In this document: positions 36,331 through 48,170 of the stretch, piece by piece
How the letters are laid out: each line of letters starts with the position of its first letter
Position numbering within the stretch: position 1 is the first letter of the stretch
NCBI GenBank assembly: GCA_009103225.1
Contig: RHPI01001921.1
Span: 115,894-179,893, forward strand
Direction of reading: 5' to 3'
DNA length: 64,000 bases
Source of the DNA: Chlorokybus atmophyticus
Taxonomy: Eukaryota; Plantae; Mesostigma and Chlorokybus algae
The notes under the pieces: generated by a model
Told to the model about the DNA's origin: nothing
Databases searched by the model: none
What the model saw: only the letters and a program-made list of their open reading frames with translations
Translations under genes and position numbers: made by a program

Positions 36331-39300
36331 CGTTTGCTGTGTGCCAGCCAGTCACGCACCTTAATGTTAATACATCATCACATATATAAAATAACATTTT
36401 TGCCCTTCCCACTCGGGGAGCTCATAAAGAATACAAGCTTTTGCGTTATGTCCTGGTTGGCATTCGCAAGTGTAAGCTTGGCCGGCTCCTTCCCGTGCTG
36501 AACGATGATACTGTCCACCTCATGGCGCGGACTTTAAATGCTAGGTTGATGATATTGCATTTGTCATGCAGCAACGATGACCCGCCCATGAATACACACG
36601 AGGATAAACAACAACGCAATGCTTAAGAAACTGACACATAGTCTTAGGCGTAAGGTTTTATATTGTTTAACCGAAAGCCCGTGCAATAATGTATGCATGT
36701 GTGTGTCCTTACATAACCCGAGTGTGTATGCAGCAATCTGCACACACAGCAATGTAAAATTGGTGTCACACCCACTTCACAAGTGCGTGCATGCGTGAAC
36801 AGTGCTGCACATCAATGAATGCAAGCAACACCGTGTACCTGCAGCAATGCTCATGCACATGTATGATTGAACTGGTCAGTTACCAGCATGTATAACGTGC
36901 TAGTGAACAGCTGCGAGGTGCATACACAATCAGTGAATGCAAACTACGCACCGATACCGCTTGGACGCGTACTACACAATTATCGTAATACTGTGCACTA
37001 TGGCCCAGCCTTTTCAACTTTCAACTCATGCAATCATGCACAAGGACATGACCAATGCACATCATGCATGCACATGAACCATGTACACAAGTCCGCACAC
37101 AGTGGAGACACATATGTCTATTATGCAAACAGTCACATGCACGGTGCTCCCTTAATGGAGAGGGAGACGTGCACAGATAGCGAGGCTAAGGAACAAGCTT
37201 CCCTGGACTCGCAGCGCCGTCGTTTATGCCAAAGGCTTGCGGACATCCCATACTCGTAGCACCCAGCACAACCGTCAGTTAGACGGCATCAACATGCACA
37301 CATGTTACAAGCACCACCTCAGTGTGATGCTAGGCACTTAGTGCAAGTCCATGCATTAATGCAATGCCCCGTAGGTCGTTTGCACCCAGGGAAGCATGTG
37401 GCATGTCCTTATGAGCTTCCACGGCCAAGTGGGGATCACACGAATCGTCCCGCTTAAGGCGGGTCATTCAGAGCTGCAATACCATCATCACCATAGTGTG
37501 GAACACCTGCTTGTAAATGCTCATCCAATGCGTGAGCATGCAATGTGCTCTAGAGGATGCAGCCACACATGCACAACCATTTGCAGGCAGTTGTGCATGC
37601 ACACAGGCCATGCACACCCTTAGCATGCAAGGCATGCACACATGCACATGCACAAGGGCAGAACCGGCTAGGCAGGGGTTGTCCACAATAACATGTAGTC
37701 AAGGAAGAACACCAACAAGACCACCAGCAGTAGCAGAAAGTGGGAGGCGCCTCTTCTTCAGTACAGGCGTCAACTACAGGATAAACACCTCAAAACCTAG
37801 GTAAACCACTTAAAAGCGCCCCACACAGGAGGGTAAGGAAGGCCCCTCGAACAGCTAAGCCAAGCACCCCGTACACACAGCGAGTGAGCCACAAGCTGAG
37901 TCCCAACACCATGCTGGCCTAGCCTATTATACTACTCCCTGTTGCCTTCCCACTTGGCCACATGCGAGCTGAAAAGCCATCACCTTTTCGCCCACACTGT
38001 GCTGACACATCAGATTCTCTTGGCTACACAGGTCTTGCTGAGGTATTAGCATCTTCTATTGGCATATGCCAACATGGTGTGACACATGTCACCTCAGCCA
38101 TTTCTATAAATAGCTGGTCTATCACACACAATACATTGGTGTGAAACATGTCTCATCACTCCTCACATGTCACATCAGCAACCAGCTGGTAGCATCGTGA
38201 TGTCCACGGATCAGCTCTGTGCAAGCTGCTTATTAGTGCCTTGTATAGTTCATCTTGCCGAAGGATCATGAGCACAAAGATTGACTGTATGAGCAAACCA
38301 TTTGGGTATTGCACACACCTAAGCAGTTTAACTCCCATGCAATCATGCTGTCATATCGCAACATAGCAGCTGAGAGTGATAAAGCCTTGCTTGTTAGGCG
38401 TGATACCTACCTGTCCGGGTGTGTAGCAAACTTAAAAAAAGAAATACTTACCATCACTTACCAAGTGATGTATACAACCACCCCACACGGGAATGGGGGA
38501 GGGCCCCTTGAACAATCAAGGCTAGGCACCCCACACACACGAGTAGAAAATAGAGTAAGTCCACTTACGCTCCGTTGCTCAATACAATATTCGCAACACC
38601 CTTATACACTCCGCCTTGCTGCCTTTTAACTTAGCGCACCAATGGTAAGGCTCTTTGCCATCCATTGCTGCATCAACCAATAAGAGATAAGATCATCTTA
38701 TATTGCACTCTGCCTCATGGCAGCTCCGTGCATGTGTAATTATGTTGCAGCGAGGATGTGACACAACCAAGCTATGTCACGTCATTGTCATTACCTGTGC
38801 CAGCTCACTCATGCTTTGTGTGGGTTATCATGCCCAAAGCCGCATACTGGTGGGCTTAGGGGCAGGCTGTGCATATGCACATCTCGCAAGCACTACACAT
38901 GCTTATGAGGCGGAATTCTCACACAGCCCAACGTATTACCATAAGCAAATACTTAAGAGTGACACGCTTTGCCTTGTAGGCGTGACAATTATATATTTTA
39001 TATATTGTTAGCATTATGTTACATTTTATGAGTGTTAACGCGCAACATGCAATACACGTAACTAAACATATACTCATACATATAGCATGAAAGATGATGC
39101 GTATCAAAAACGCTGATGGCAAACATGTACGGCAGATGTTTAAAAGACTCCATGTACGTACAATTCCATTCATTATGAGTAGCCCTCTTTAATGTTTCCT
39201 GCAACAACACACATGTGAGCATGTCGTCATAAATACCCATTCATGTGTAAGCAATATGTCTTCGCTTGCTTAACTGCTTAAGTTGCCATGACAAGTCGCG

Positions 39301-39703
39301 TGACATTGAGGACCCTCAGCAGCTCATGCATGAGTTGCGTTACAAACTGCAATTAGCCTTCGCCAGGTTTGCATTGTGCCAGCCTGAGCGGTGTTCAGTG
39401 GACGCCCTGGGCAATGCATCGACCACATTATAGCGGTACGTGCCCAGCGGCCAGCGCACCGGCTATAGCGATGGCCAGACACTGGTGGCGAAGATGGGGC
39501 CGCACGCATCGGACGGCTTGCGCGGCGCCATAAGACTGATCGGCTCCCATCCGACGGCCGCCACACCCTACGCGTCGTCCACAACCTTAGCCTTACCTAG
39601 AACGCCTGCACACAATTTTTCGTTCGCAGGCGGCGGCGGCGGCGGTGGCGGTGTGGGTGGGGGTGTAGGTGGGTTCAGCGTGCAGAGTTGCGGCATTGCG
39701 GCA

Positions 39704-42689
39704 ATGGCATCGACGGTGGCCATGCAGGCGTCGTTGACGGTGAAATTGGCTGGGGTGGTGGCGCCTGTCGCTGCTGCCACTGCTGCGCCTAGCCGGCCGC
39801 CCAGCAGCAGCAGCAGCAAGTCGGCGTTCCTTGCAGGCGGGGAGCTGAGGCAGGCGGTGGCGAGCAGCAGTGGAAGGGGAAGGGTTGCGGCGTCACGCGT
39901 GCAGCGAAGGCCTGTGCTTGCATTATCTGTTGAGGCTGGCGAGGAGGTCGCCGCCGCTGCGGAGGAGGCGGCCAGCCCCGCCGCCGTTGAGACAGCTCCC
40001 ACTGCCGCTGCTGCTGACGCACCTGCCGACGACAGCGCACCCGCAGGCGATGGCGCATCTGCGGAGAAGAGGCAGGGCGGCTTTAAGCGCGGCCCAGGCG
40101 GCGCCAAGTTCCAGAAGCGCACGCCAAAGACTTTCAGCGTCAAGCTCGCGGATCTCCAGCCCGACATGCAGCTCACTGGCACTGTGGTACGCCATCACAG
40201 CGCTTTTTGACTTTGCAATGCATTGACGCTAGGATCAATGCTGCGTGCAGCGCTGATGGTAATTGCATGTCCCCCTGACATAATCCCAATTCTGTACTGC
40301 AGAAAGCTATTCAGACCTATGGCGCATTTGTGGATGTGGGGGCGCGGGAGGATGGGCTCGTGCACATTTCACAGCTGCAGGTAGGGCTGAGTTTAAGTGC
40401 AACCAATGTCTGTGGTTCTTTCCATTCACACTCTTCCAATCACTCGTGTCATCAATTACAATGGCTTTGCTGCCGGCCCGTTCTTCCAGGCTGGATTCGT
40501 GAAGGACGTGAATGAGGTCGTCAAGATTGGCCAGGAGGTGCAATGCCGCGTCCTGGAAGTTGATGTTGAGAAGGGACGACTCAGCCTCAGCATGAAGGAT
40601 CCAAATGAACCGGTAAGCCACTGGACAACATCACTGTGGATGCGCCAAGTTGGTGTGGTTTCTGTTTTGCAAAGAGTACGCCCATGTCAGTCGTGCATGC
40701 TTACAGTGTGAGAACCTCACGCATACATGTTTTTAGGCGCCGGAGAAGCGCGAGAGGCGAGAAACCACAGAGCAGTCGAGCAATTTCAGGGTATCCGCAC
40801 CTGCAGCAGATGGGACTGCTGATGCTGCTGCTGACTCTGCTGGTGCTGATGGTGGTGAGGCCAAGCGCGGATCGGGAGTCCGACAGGCCACACGTGGTGT
40901 GTTTGAGAAGAAGGAGCGGTCTTCAGCGCCCGGTGACAGGAGTGATCGTGCACCCAGGAGAAGCCGCGGACCCCCGAAGGAGAAGCTTGACCCAAAGACG
41001 CTCACTGCTGACACGGAGCGTTCGGAGCCATATGAAAGCCAAATCGCTATGGCTCTCAGCGCTGTCGGCATCTCAAGGGAAGCATTCCCTGGGGCTGATA
41101 TCAGGCCTGTGGGCGAGGAGGAGGAGGTCGCCCCTGCCGTGCCTGAAATCCCCACAGCACAGAAAGTGGAGGTTGCTCAGGCTGTGCCTGAACCGGAGGT
41201 GAAGGCAGAGGCTGTGGCTGCGCCTGAGCCTGAGGTGGTTGCCCCCGCTGTGCCTGAACTCCCCACAGCACAGAAGGAGGAGGTTGCTCAGGCTGTGCCC
41301 GAACCTGAGGTGCAGGCGGAGGCGGAGCCTGAGGTGAAGGCAGAGGCTGTGGGCCAGGAGGAGGAGGTCGCCCCTGCCGTGCCTGAAATCCCCACAGCAC
41401 AGCAGGAGGAGGTTGCTCAGGCTGTGCCCGAACCTGAGGTGGAAGCGGAGGCGGAGGCTGAGCCTGAGGTGAAGGCAGAGGCTGTGGGCCAGGAGGAGGA
41501 GGTCGCCCCTGCCGTGCCTGAAATCCCCACAGCACAGAAGGGGGAGGTTGCTCAGGCTGTGCCTGAACCTGAGGTACATACAGAGGCTGAGGCTGAGCCT
41601 GAGGTGAAGGCAGAGGCTGTGGGCCAGGAGGAGGAGGTCGCCCCTGCCGTGCCTGAAATCCCCACAGCCCAGAAGGGGGAGGTTGCTCAGGCTGTGCCTG
41701 AACCTGAGGTACATACAGAGGCTGAGGCTGAGCCTGAGGTGAAGGCAGAGGCTGTGGGCCAGGAGGAGGAGGTCGCCCCTGCCGTGCCTGAAATCCCCAC
41801 AGCCCAGAAGGGGGAGGTTGCTCAGGCTGTGCCTGAACCTGAGGTACATACAGAGGCTGAGGCTGAGCCTGAGGTGAAGGCAGAGGCTGTGGGCCAGGAG
41901 GAGGAGGTCGCCCCTGCCGTGCCTGAAATCCCCACAGCACAGCAGGAGGAGGTTGCTCAGGCTGTGCCCGAACCTGAGGTGGAAGCGGAGGCGGAGGCTG
42001 AGCCTGAGGTGAAGGCAGAGGCTGTGGGCCAGGAGGAGGAGGTCGCCCCCGCCGTGCCTGAAGTCTCCGCCGCTGCCGCCACTGAGGCCAACACCAGCGC
42101 GCAGCATGAGGAGAAGGTCGCCCCCGCCGTGCCTGAAGTCTCCTCCACCACCGTTGCCGCCACTGAGGCCAACACCAGCGCGCAGCATGAGGAGAAGGTC
42201 GCCCCCGCCGTGCCTGAAGTCTCCTCCACCACCGTTGCCGCCACTGAGGCCAACACCAGCGCTCAGCAGGAGGAGAAGGTCGCCCCCGCCGTGCCTGAAG
42301 TCTCCTCCACCGCCGTTGCCGCCACTGAGGCCAACACCAGCGCGCAGCATGAGGAGGAGGTCGCCCCCGCCGTGCCTGAAGTCTCCGCCGCTGCCGCCAC
42401 TGAGGCCAACACCAGCGCGCAGCATGAGGAGAAGGTCGCCCCCGCCGTGCCTGAAGTCTCCTCCACCACCGTTGCCGCCACTGAGGCCAACACCAGCGCG
42501 CAGCATGAGGAGAAGGTCGCCCCCGCCGTGCCTGAAGTCTCCTCCACCGCCGTAGCGGCCACCGAGGTCAACGCCAGCGCTCAGCAGGAGGAGGAGGTCG
42601 CCCCCGCCGTGCCTGAAGTCTCCTCCTCCGCCGTTGCCACCACTGAGGCCAATGCCAGTGCTCTGCACACTGTGGCGACGCGTACTTAG
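39704..42689 (+). CDS. Plastid-targeted S1 RNA-binding protein (resembles the PSRP-7/PETs N-terminal S1) with a long acidic tandem-repeat C-terminus
   Basis: Ala/Ser/Arg-rich transit peptide MASTVAMQASL..; spliced S1 LQPDMQLTGTV|KAIQTYGAFVDVGAREDGLVHISQLQ|AGFVKDVNEVVKIGQEVQCRVLEVDVEKGRLSLSMKD; last exon 40737-42689. Confidence 0.8.
41110..42660 (+). repeat. Coding tandem repeats: ~7 units of ~135 nt (45 aa), then 8 units of 75/81 nt (25/27 aa)
   Basis: GQEEEVAPAVPEIPTAQ..EPEVKAEAV units are followed by HEEKVAPAVPEVSSTTVAATEANTSAQ units; both share the core EVAPAVPE. Confidence 0.95.
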
Positions 42690-42887
42690 CTACTAGTAGC
42701 TGGCGGCATTAGTATTTCAATTGCTCTGTGACTCAATATCAAGAGACTGTAGTCTAGTTAAGACTGGTGAGTCTAGTTTTGACACATGCTGGCGTGCAAT
42801 TGGATATACAAATATAAAACAGCTGTGTGTGTGCGCGCGCGTGTAACAGCTGTATGCATAGGGTATACCTCATGCACGTGTCTGCAG

Positions 42888-43145
42888 ATCACACAGTGAC
42901 GAACAGACGCATTTACATTTTCCGCTACGGCCGCTGTGAATCGTCCTTTGAGGAGTTCCAGCGGCAAGTGCCCAGTATATCTGACCTACAGGATCGTGAT
43001 ATTCAACTGAAGTACTTCACCCTTGCTGGGGAGGCCCGCAGTCTTGAGGATGAAGAGGATCGCCACGAGCTGTAGCAGTGTGTACTGGTCTTTGGAGTGG
43101 CGGTCTTGGAACATCCACTTAAGGGTCATTGCGGAGACTCGGTGA
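42888..43145 (+). pseudogene. PB1-like domain exon, copy 1 (frameshifted, internal TAG, no first exon)
   Basis: RIYIFRYGRCESSFEEFQRQV..DIQLKYFTLAGEARSLEDEEDRHEL*..VIAETR*. Confidence 0.6.
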
Positions 43146-44122
43146 GCCGTGATGTGGTGACCTCTTGGTCTTTCTGCCTGAGTGGAAGATGAAGCAAAGT
43201 GTGACAATCTGTGCTCAGGGCTGGGGGGCAATGTCAATCATCACAGGGCGTATTGTCGTGGTGATAGCAGCACAATGCAGTTGGCAGTCCGGTTAAAGTG
43301 CACTAAGTGACGTTGAAACATCAAACACTACTGGCATTAACAAAAGCGCGAGCACAAATGAAACTCTCAGGAGCATGGTTGCCGCCACTGAGGCCAGCGC
43401 TCAGTACACTGTGGCGACGCGCACTTAGCTACTAGTGGCGGCATTGGGGTTTCAGCCGCTGTGTGACTCAGTGTCAAGAGACTGTAGTCTAGTTAAGACT
43501 GATGAGACTAGTTGGCTAACACATGCTGAGTGAGCTGCTAGTAAGACTTGAGTTCTGGAGGGCCTGGCTGTTGGGCAGCCTCCGGGAACCTTATTGACAT
43601 ATTGCTGATAAAATACCGCAGACTCAACTGAGTTGCCCCGGCTGCTTCTGGCATCAGCAGTCTTGCGGCTGCACAGCTGTCATTCCCTCTGTTGGCCTAA
43701 CTAACACATGCAGCTAACACAACGCACTCAAGCTCAGCAACATCCGCTTCTGAACCATCACCAACCATGCGGAGAAAAGCACCTAGTGTCCTGGTAACAC
43801 ACGGCGGGTACCGCTAGACTTCTCCTTTAAACCTTAACTCACTCACTCCTGGTTGCTGGTGTATTGCACGCGACAACCTTGGCGCCAGTCTCGACAGGTG
43901 TTGTAGTGCCATTGTAACAATGCATTAGAAGTATGCAACGCTGTCTTTACCCCCCACCCCCACCCCCACCCCCTCCACCCCCCGCAACTCCCCGCGCAAA
44001 GTACAGGCTGTCCGCCTTATCCAAGTTGTTGACGCTTTAGTACACATGTGTACATTACATCCCGTCACCCATCATGCATGCGCATCAGCAGGGCCCAGTA
44101 GCCGCATCATTTACGCCGCGCC

Positions 44123-44518
44123 ATGATCATACAAGAGTCCAAGGTAATCCTACAATACGGCAGAGGACTTTGTGAGCGCGCGCGAGACGTCTGCGTATAC
44201 AGAATAGTAAGAGTGTGCGCGCGTGTGTAGCGACGGTGTGTGCTTGTCTCTGCAGATCACGCATGGCACGGTATCTTACAAACGCATCTATTTGTTCCGC
44301 AACCTTGCGAGACCTCCTTCGAGGACTTCCAGCAGCAAGTGCGCAGGATGTTCTGTTCGCTTGAATATTGCGACATTCAACTCAAGTACTACAGCATTGC
44401 TGGGGAGGCCAATGTCCTCAACGGTGATGAGGGCTGGCACGATTTGTGGCAGCATGTGCTGGACTTTGGAGTGGCGTTCTTGGATCATCCATTGAGGATC
44501 ATTGTGGAGACTCGGTGA
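44123..44518 (+). pseudogene. Two-exon PB1-like small gene, copy 2 (one frameshift)
   Basis: MIIQESK|ITHGTVSYKRIYLF..(shift)..CETSFEDFQQQVRRMF..DIQLKYYSIAGEANVLNGDEGWHDLW..IIVETR*; GT-AG intron 44144-44255. Confidence 0.6.
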
Positions 44519-45383
44519 GCCGTGATGTGCATGTGACGTCTTGGTCTTTCCGCCTGAGTGGAAGATGAAGCAAAGTGTGACACTCTGTGCTCAGGGCTGG
44601 GGGCCAATGACAATCATCACAGGGCGAATTGTCGTGGTGATGCAAGTTGGCTGTGTGGCTCAATGGCAAGAATGACATGTCTAGTCAAGACTGGCAAGTA
44701 CAGGGCTGGCACATGCTGACTGAACTTCTAGTAAGACTTGCAGTAAGACTTGAAGTCTGGAGGGCTGGCTGTTGGACAGCCTCCAGAGACCTTCATAACA
44801 CAAGGCTGTTAGAAACCGCAGACTCAACTGAGTTGCTCCGGCTGCTTCTGCATCAGCTTTGCAGCTGCACAGCTGTCCTTGTTTCAGTTAGCCTAGCTGA
44901 CACAACGAACTTAAGCTCGGCAACATCCGCTTCTGACCCATCACCAACCATGTGGAGAAAGCAACTAGCGTCCAGGTTATATACACGGCCAGTATCGCAC
45001 GACTCCTCCTTTCCACTTCCTTTCTCCTGGCAATCCTGGTTGAGCTGCTGGTGTACTTGACACGCAACCTTGGCGCCAGTGACAACAGATGCTGTAGTGT
45101 CATTGTGACAATGCATCTGTAGCATGCAACGCTGTCTCCTCCATCCCTCGCAGGCCCCACCCATAAACCTCCTTAAGTGTTGGGAGTTTGTCAAGCTCTG
45201 CCCACCTGTGTCCTGAGCAACAAGTTCTCCTTCAACAGGACTGCACACTGTATTATGCTTGCATCAGCACGGTCATACGCCCTATGTTTGGCCCTAGCCA
45301 CATGTTGCCCAAGCACTGCTTCAACTTGCAGCTAACAGGCAAGAGAGACTGATCCATCATCATCATCATCATCACAGCACAAC

Positions 45384-45751
45384 TCACCTAGTCGCCACCA
45401 CGACACGCACCGGTTGTTCCAGAAACGCCGCGTGGGCCTCTCCAAACTCTCGCACATGGTGCCCCAGCGCTTGCCAGTCCTCTTCATTGTTGAGACTCCT
45501 GGCCTCCCCAGCGAGGTTGAAGTACTTCAGCCGGATGTCAAAGGCTTGCAAGCCTAACCAGCCAGCGCACTTGATGCTGAAACTCCCCGAAGGAGAGTTC
45601 GCAGAGGCCGTTGTGGAATCTGTATTGGCGATTGCAAGTCTCCGTGCTTTATACGTGATCTGCAGACACACAGCCCCTTTCTCTCTCTCTCTACACACAC
45701 ACATACAGCTGTTTTGCATCAAGATCTTACCTTGAAGTCTTGTGTCACCAT
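45384..45751 (-). CDS. Two-exon ~98-aa PB1-like small protein, copy 3 (open frame, with compensating frameshifts)
   Basis: MVTQDFK|ITYK..DIRLKYFNLAGEARSLNNEEDWQAL..VRVVVATR*; intron 45660-45730 at the same position as in copy 2. Confidence 0.55.
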
Positions 45752-47343
45752 GCCCATGATGCGTGTACTGGGCCCTGCTCATGCGCATGCACGACGGGTG
45801 CTGGGATGAGATGCTCATGTGTACACAAACACATGCGGGAGAGACTTTACCTTGACTTGCTGCGTGTGTCGTCCGCAAGCACACCCTTGCAAGGTTACCC
45901 TTTCTCCCCGATGATCCTGACGGAAGCCCATACCATTGTCAGTTGAAGGGCTCACACAAACATGTTGATTTGGCGCATTGTGAAAAACTGGTCAGGTCGC
46001 TGAACATGTGAATGGAGTTCCTGAACAAGCATGCATACACTACAACAACACGCATGCAGTCATCCAACATGCATTTCTTGTTGCAGACGCAACGGCATTA
46101 CACTAACATACAATGGGGACACTGAGCCGCAAGAGGTTCCGGAAAAGAAGGCCGCCGCCGCCGCCGTCACAAGGACGAAGCAGAACGCTGACAGCAACTG
46201 AATCCCCACAAGGCAAGAGAAAGCACATGTATGCTAGCAGTTGAAAGAGTATCTGCTACATGTCGGGATGCGGCTGAGGTCATCACGCCTTATTTGAACA
46301 CAAGTGAGGTCGTCAAGTGACGCCTTCTAGTGTTCAAGCAAGTGAGTCGCGCTCATCAAGCCAGCCTCACTTGAGCAGCAAGTTGATGGGCTGACTTCAA
46401 AGTGTGAAGTATGGCATCATCAAGCCGTGACTTGATTGCATGCGGTCTCATCAAGCATCAAGTAAGGCTTACCCGAAGGTCATCATGACCTTCGCTTGGT
46501 GATGTGGCATCAATGCGTGCATGTCTGGTTGGTGTCGCGACGGTCATGTTATGATGGTGGAATGCTGGTGTTGTCAAACTCCTGTATGATGGCAAGCAGG
46601 TTGGGGTTTGATGCTGCTCTCTACCAGCATTCCCCAGATTTTGTGAAAGGAGCAGCTCGGGGGTCCTCAGCTTGCGTACGCAAGTGACAGGTGTTTGCGC
46701 ATCTGCCTACCTATCATAGTGGTAGTTGATTGAATGGCACTCTCCTCTCTGGCTGCAGCTCAAGTGAACCATACCGGTACTCCTGCATGTTTGGCTGTGC
46801 TTTGTGTGTGTCTCGTGTGCCTGCCTAAGTTGCTGTCAGCCTGACTGCTTCGTCCTTGTGGCGGCGTCCTCCTCCAGAACCTCCTCAGGGCTGCTGCCAG
46901 CTCAGCGCCCCTCTCCTACGCCCGCCCCCCCNNNNNNNNNNNNNNNNNNNNNNNNNNNNNNNNNNNNNNNNNNNNNNNNNNNNNNNNNNNNNNNNNNNNN
47001 NNNNNNNNNNNNNNNNNNNNNNNNNNNNNNNNNNNNNNNNNNNNNNNNNNNNNNNNNNNNNNNNNNNNNNNNNNNNNNNNNNNNNNNNNNNNNNNNNNNN
47101 NNNNNNNNNNNNNNNNNNNNNNNNNNNNNNNNNNNNNNNNNNNNNNNNNNNNNNNNNNNNNNNNNNNNNNNNNNNNNNNNNNNNNNNNNNNNNNNNNNNN
47201 NNNNNNNNNNNNNNNNNNNNNNNNNNNNNNNNNNNNNNNNNNNNNNNNNNNNNNNNNNNNNNNNNNNNNNNNNNNNNNNNNNNNNNNNNNNNNNNNNNNN
47301 NNNNNNNNNNNNNNNNNNNNNNNNNNNNNNNNNNNNNNNNNNN

Positions 47344-47380
<37 letters not shown>

Positions 47381-48170
47381 TGTGTGCGCGTGCGCGTGTG
47401 TGGCTGTCTTTGTGCGACATGCAGGTTGTTGTAGTGCATGCATTAGCGTGTGCGCGTGTGTATGCATGCATGCACAAGTTCACATGCTGTTCAGCCCAGG
47501 AGCAACAGAAGGCCAAAGCAACTGGCCCCAAGGTTGCATGTGGAATACAGCAGCAGCTGAAGCCAGAATTGCCTACGAGTATGATTGAGCTGGGGATGCT
47601 TTTGCTCAGGGTTATCACAGGTAACAGGAATGCAGCAACACAGGCCGTGCGTGCAGTAACCATGCTTCCATTATATGGTTGACGCTTGCTGCGCTGCTCC
47701 GAGGCCACCACACTGCGGTTGGCAGTCCTGTTAATGTGTGCTCTTGGACCGTCGATTGTGAGCAATAGAGAGACGGTTTCAGCATAGCAAGAGTGTGGGG
47801 AGGAGGAGGGCAGATGGGAGGGAGGGAGGGTTGGAGATAACGCTACAGAATGCCTTGTCACGATGACACATTGTGCACGTCACCTGTGCCAAGGGATGCG
47901 CTTTGCGACTGAACCTGTGGCTCACTACACGTTTCATGAAGACAATACAACGCAGCCAGCGTGTCTATACAGGGCAAAGTGCAATTGCGCTAGACTACTA
48001 GTACTCATAACACGTCTTCTAGCATTGAGTCTGCATCGCACAGTCTACACGTTACGTCTCCCTTTCAAGCAAGCTACAGCTCGCCCTCAACTCAAACTTG
48101 TCCAACTACATCCCTATGCAACCCCAATACCAATCTACCTCCCGTTGCTATCTCTGTGATGATGTATACC

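Noticed and set aside
38443-38455. ATACTTACC as a U1 snRNA 5' end
   Set aside because: The rest of U1 is absent; it is simply the reverse complement of a splice-donor motif.
36867-38640. 130-aa ORF, a VWDVR WD40-like word, and similar 60-bp segments at 37818 and 38480
   Set aside because: Short matches amid stops; probably decayed retroelement debris that cannot be classified.
41110-42660. Regular repeat array as a CRISPR candidate
   Set aside because: In-frame coding repeats without unique spacers, in a eukaryotic context with no cas genes.
41073-42668. 531-aa and 279-aa antisense ORFs and the Pro-rich alternative frame
   Set aside because: Shadow frames of the coding tandem repeat.
42666-42689. 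S1 ORF ending (TVATRT*) resembling the PB1 endings (VVATR*)
   Set aside because: The nucleotide sequences are not alignable; considered coincidence.
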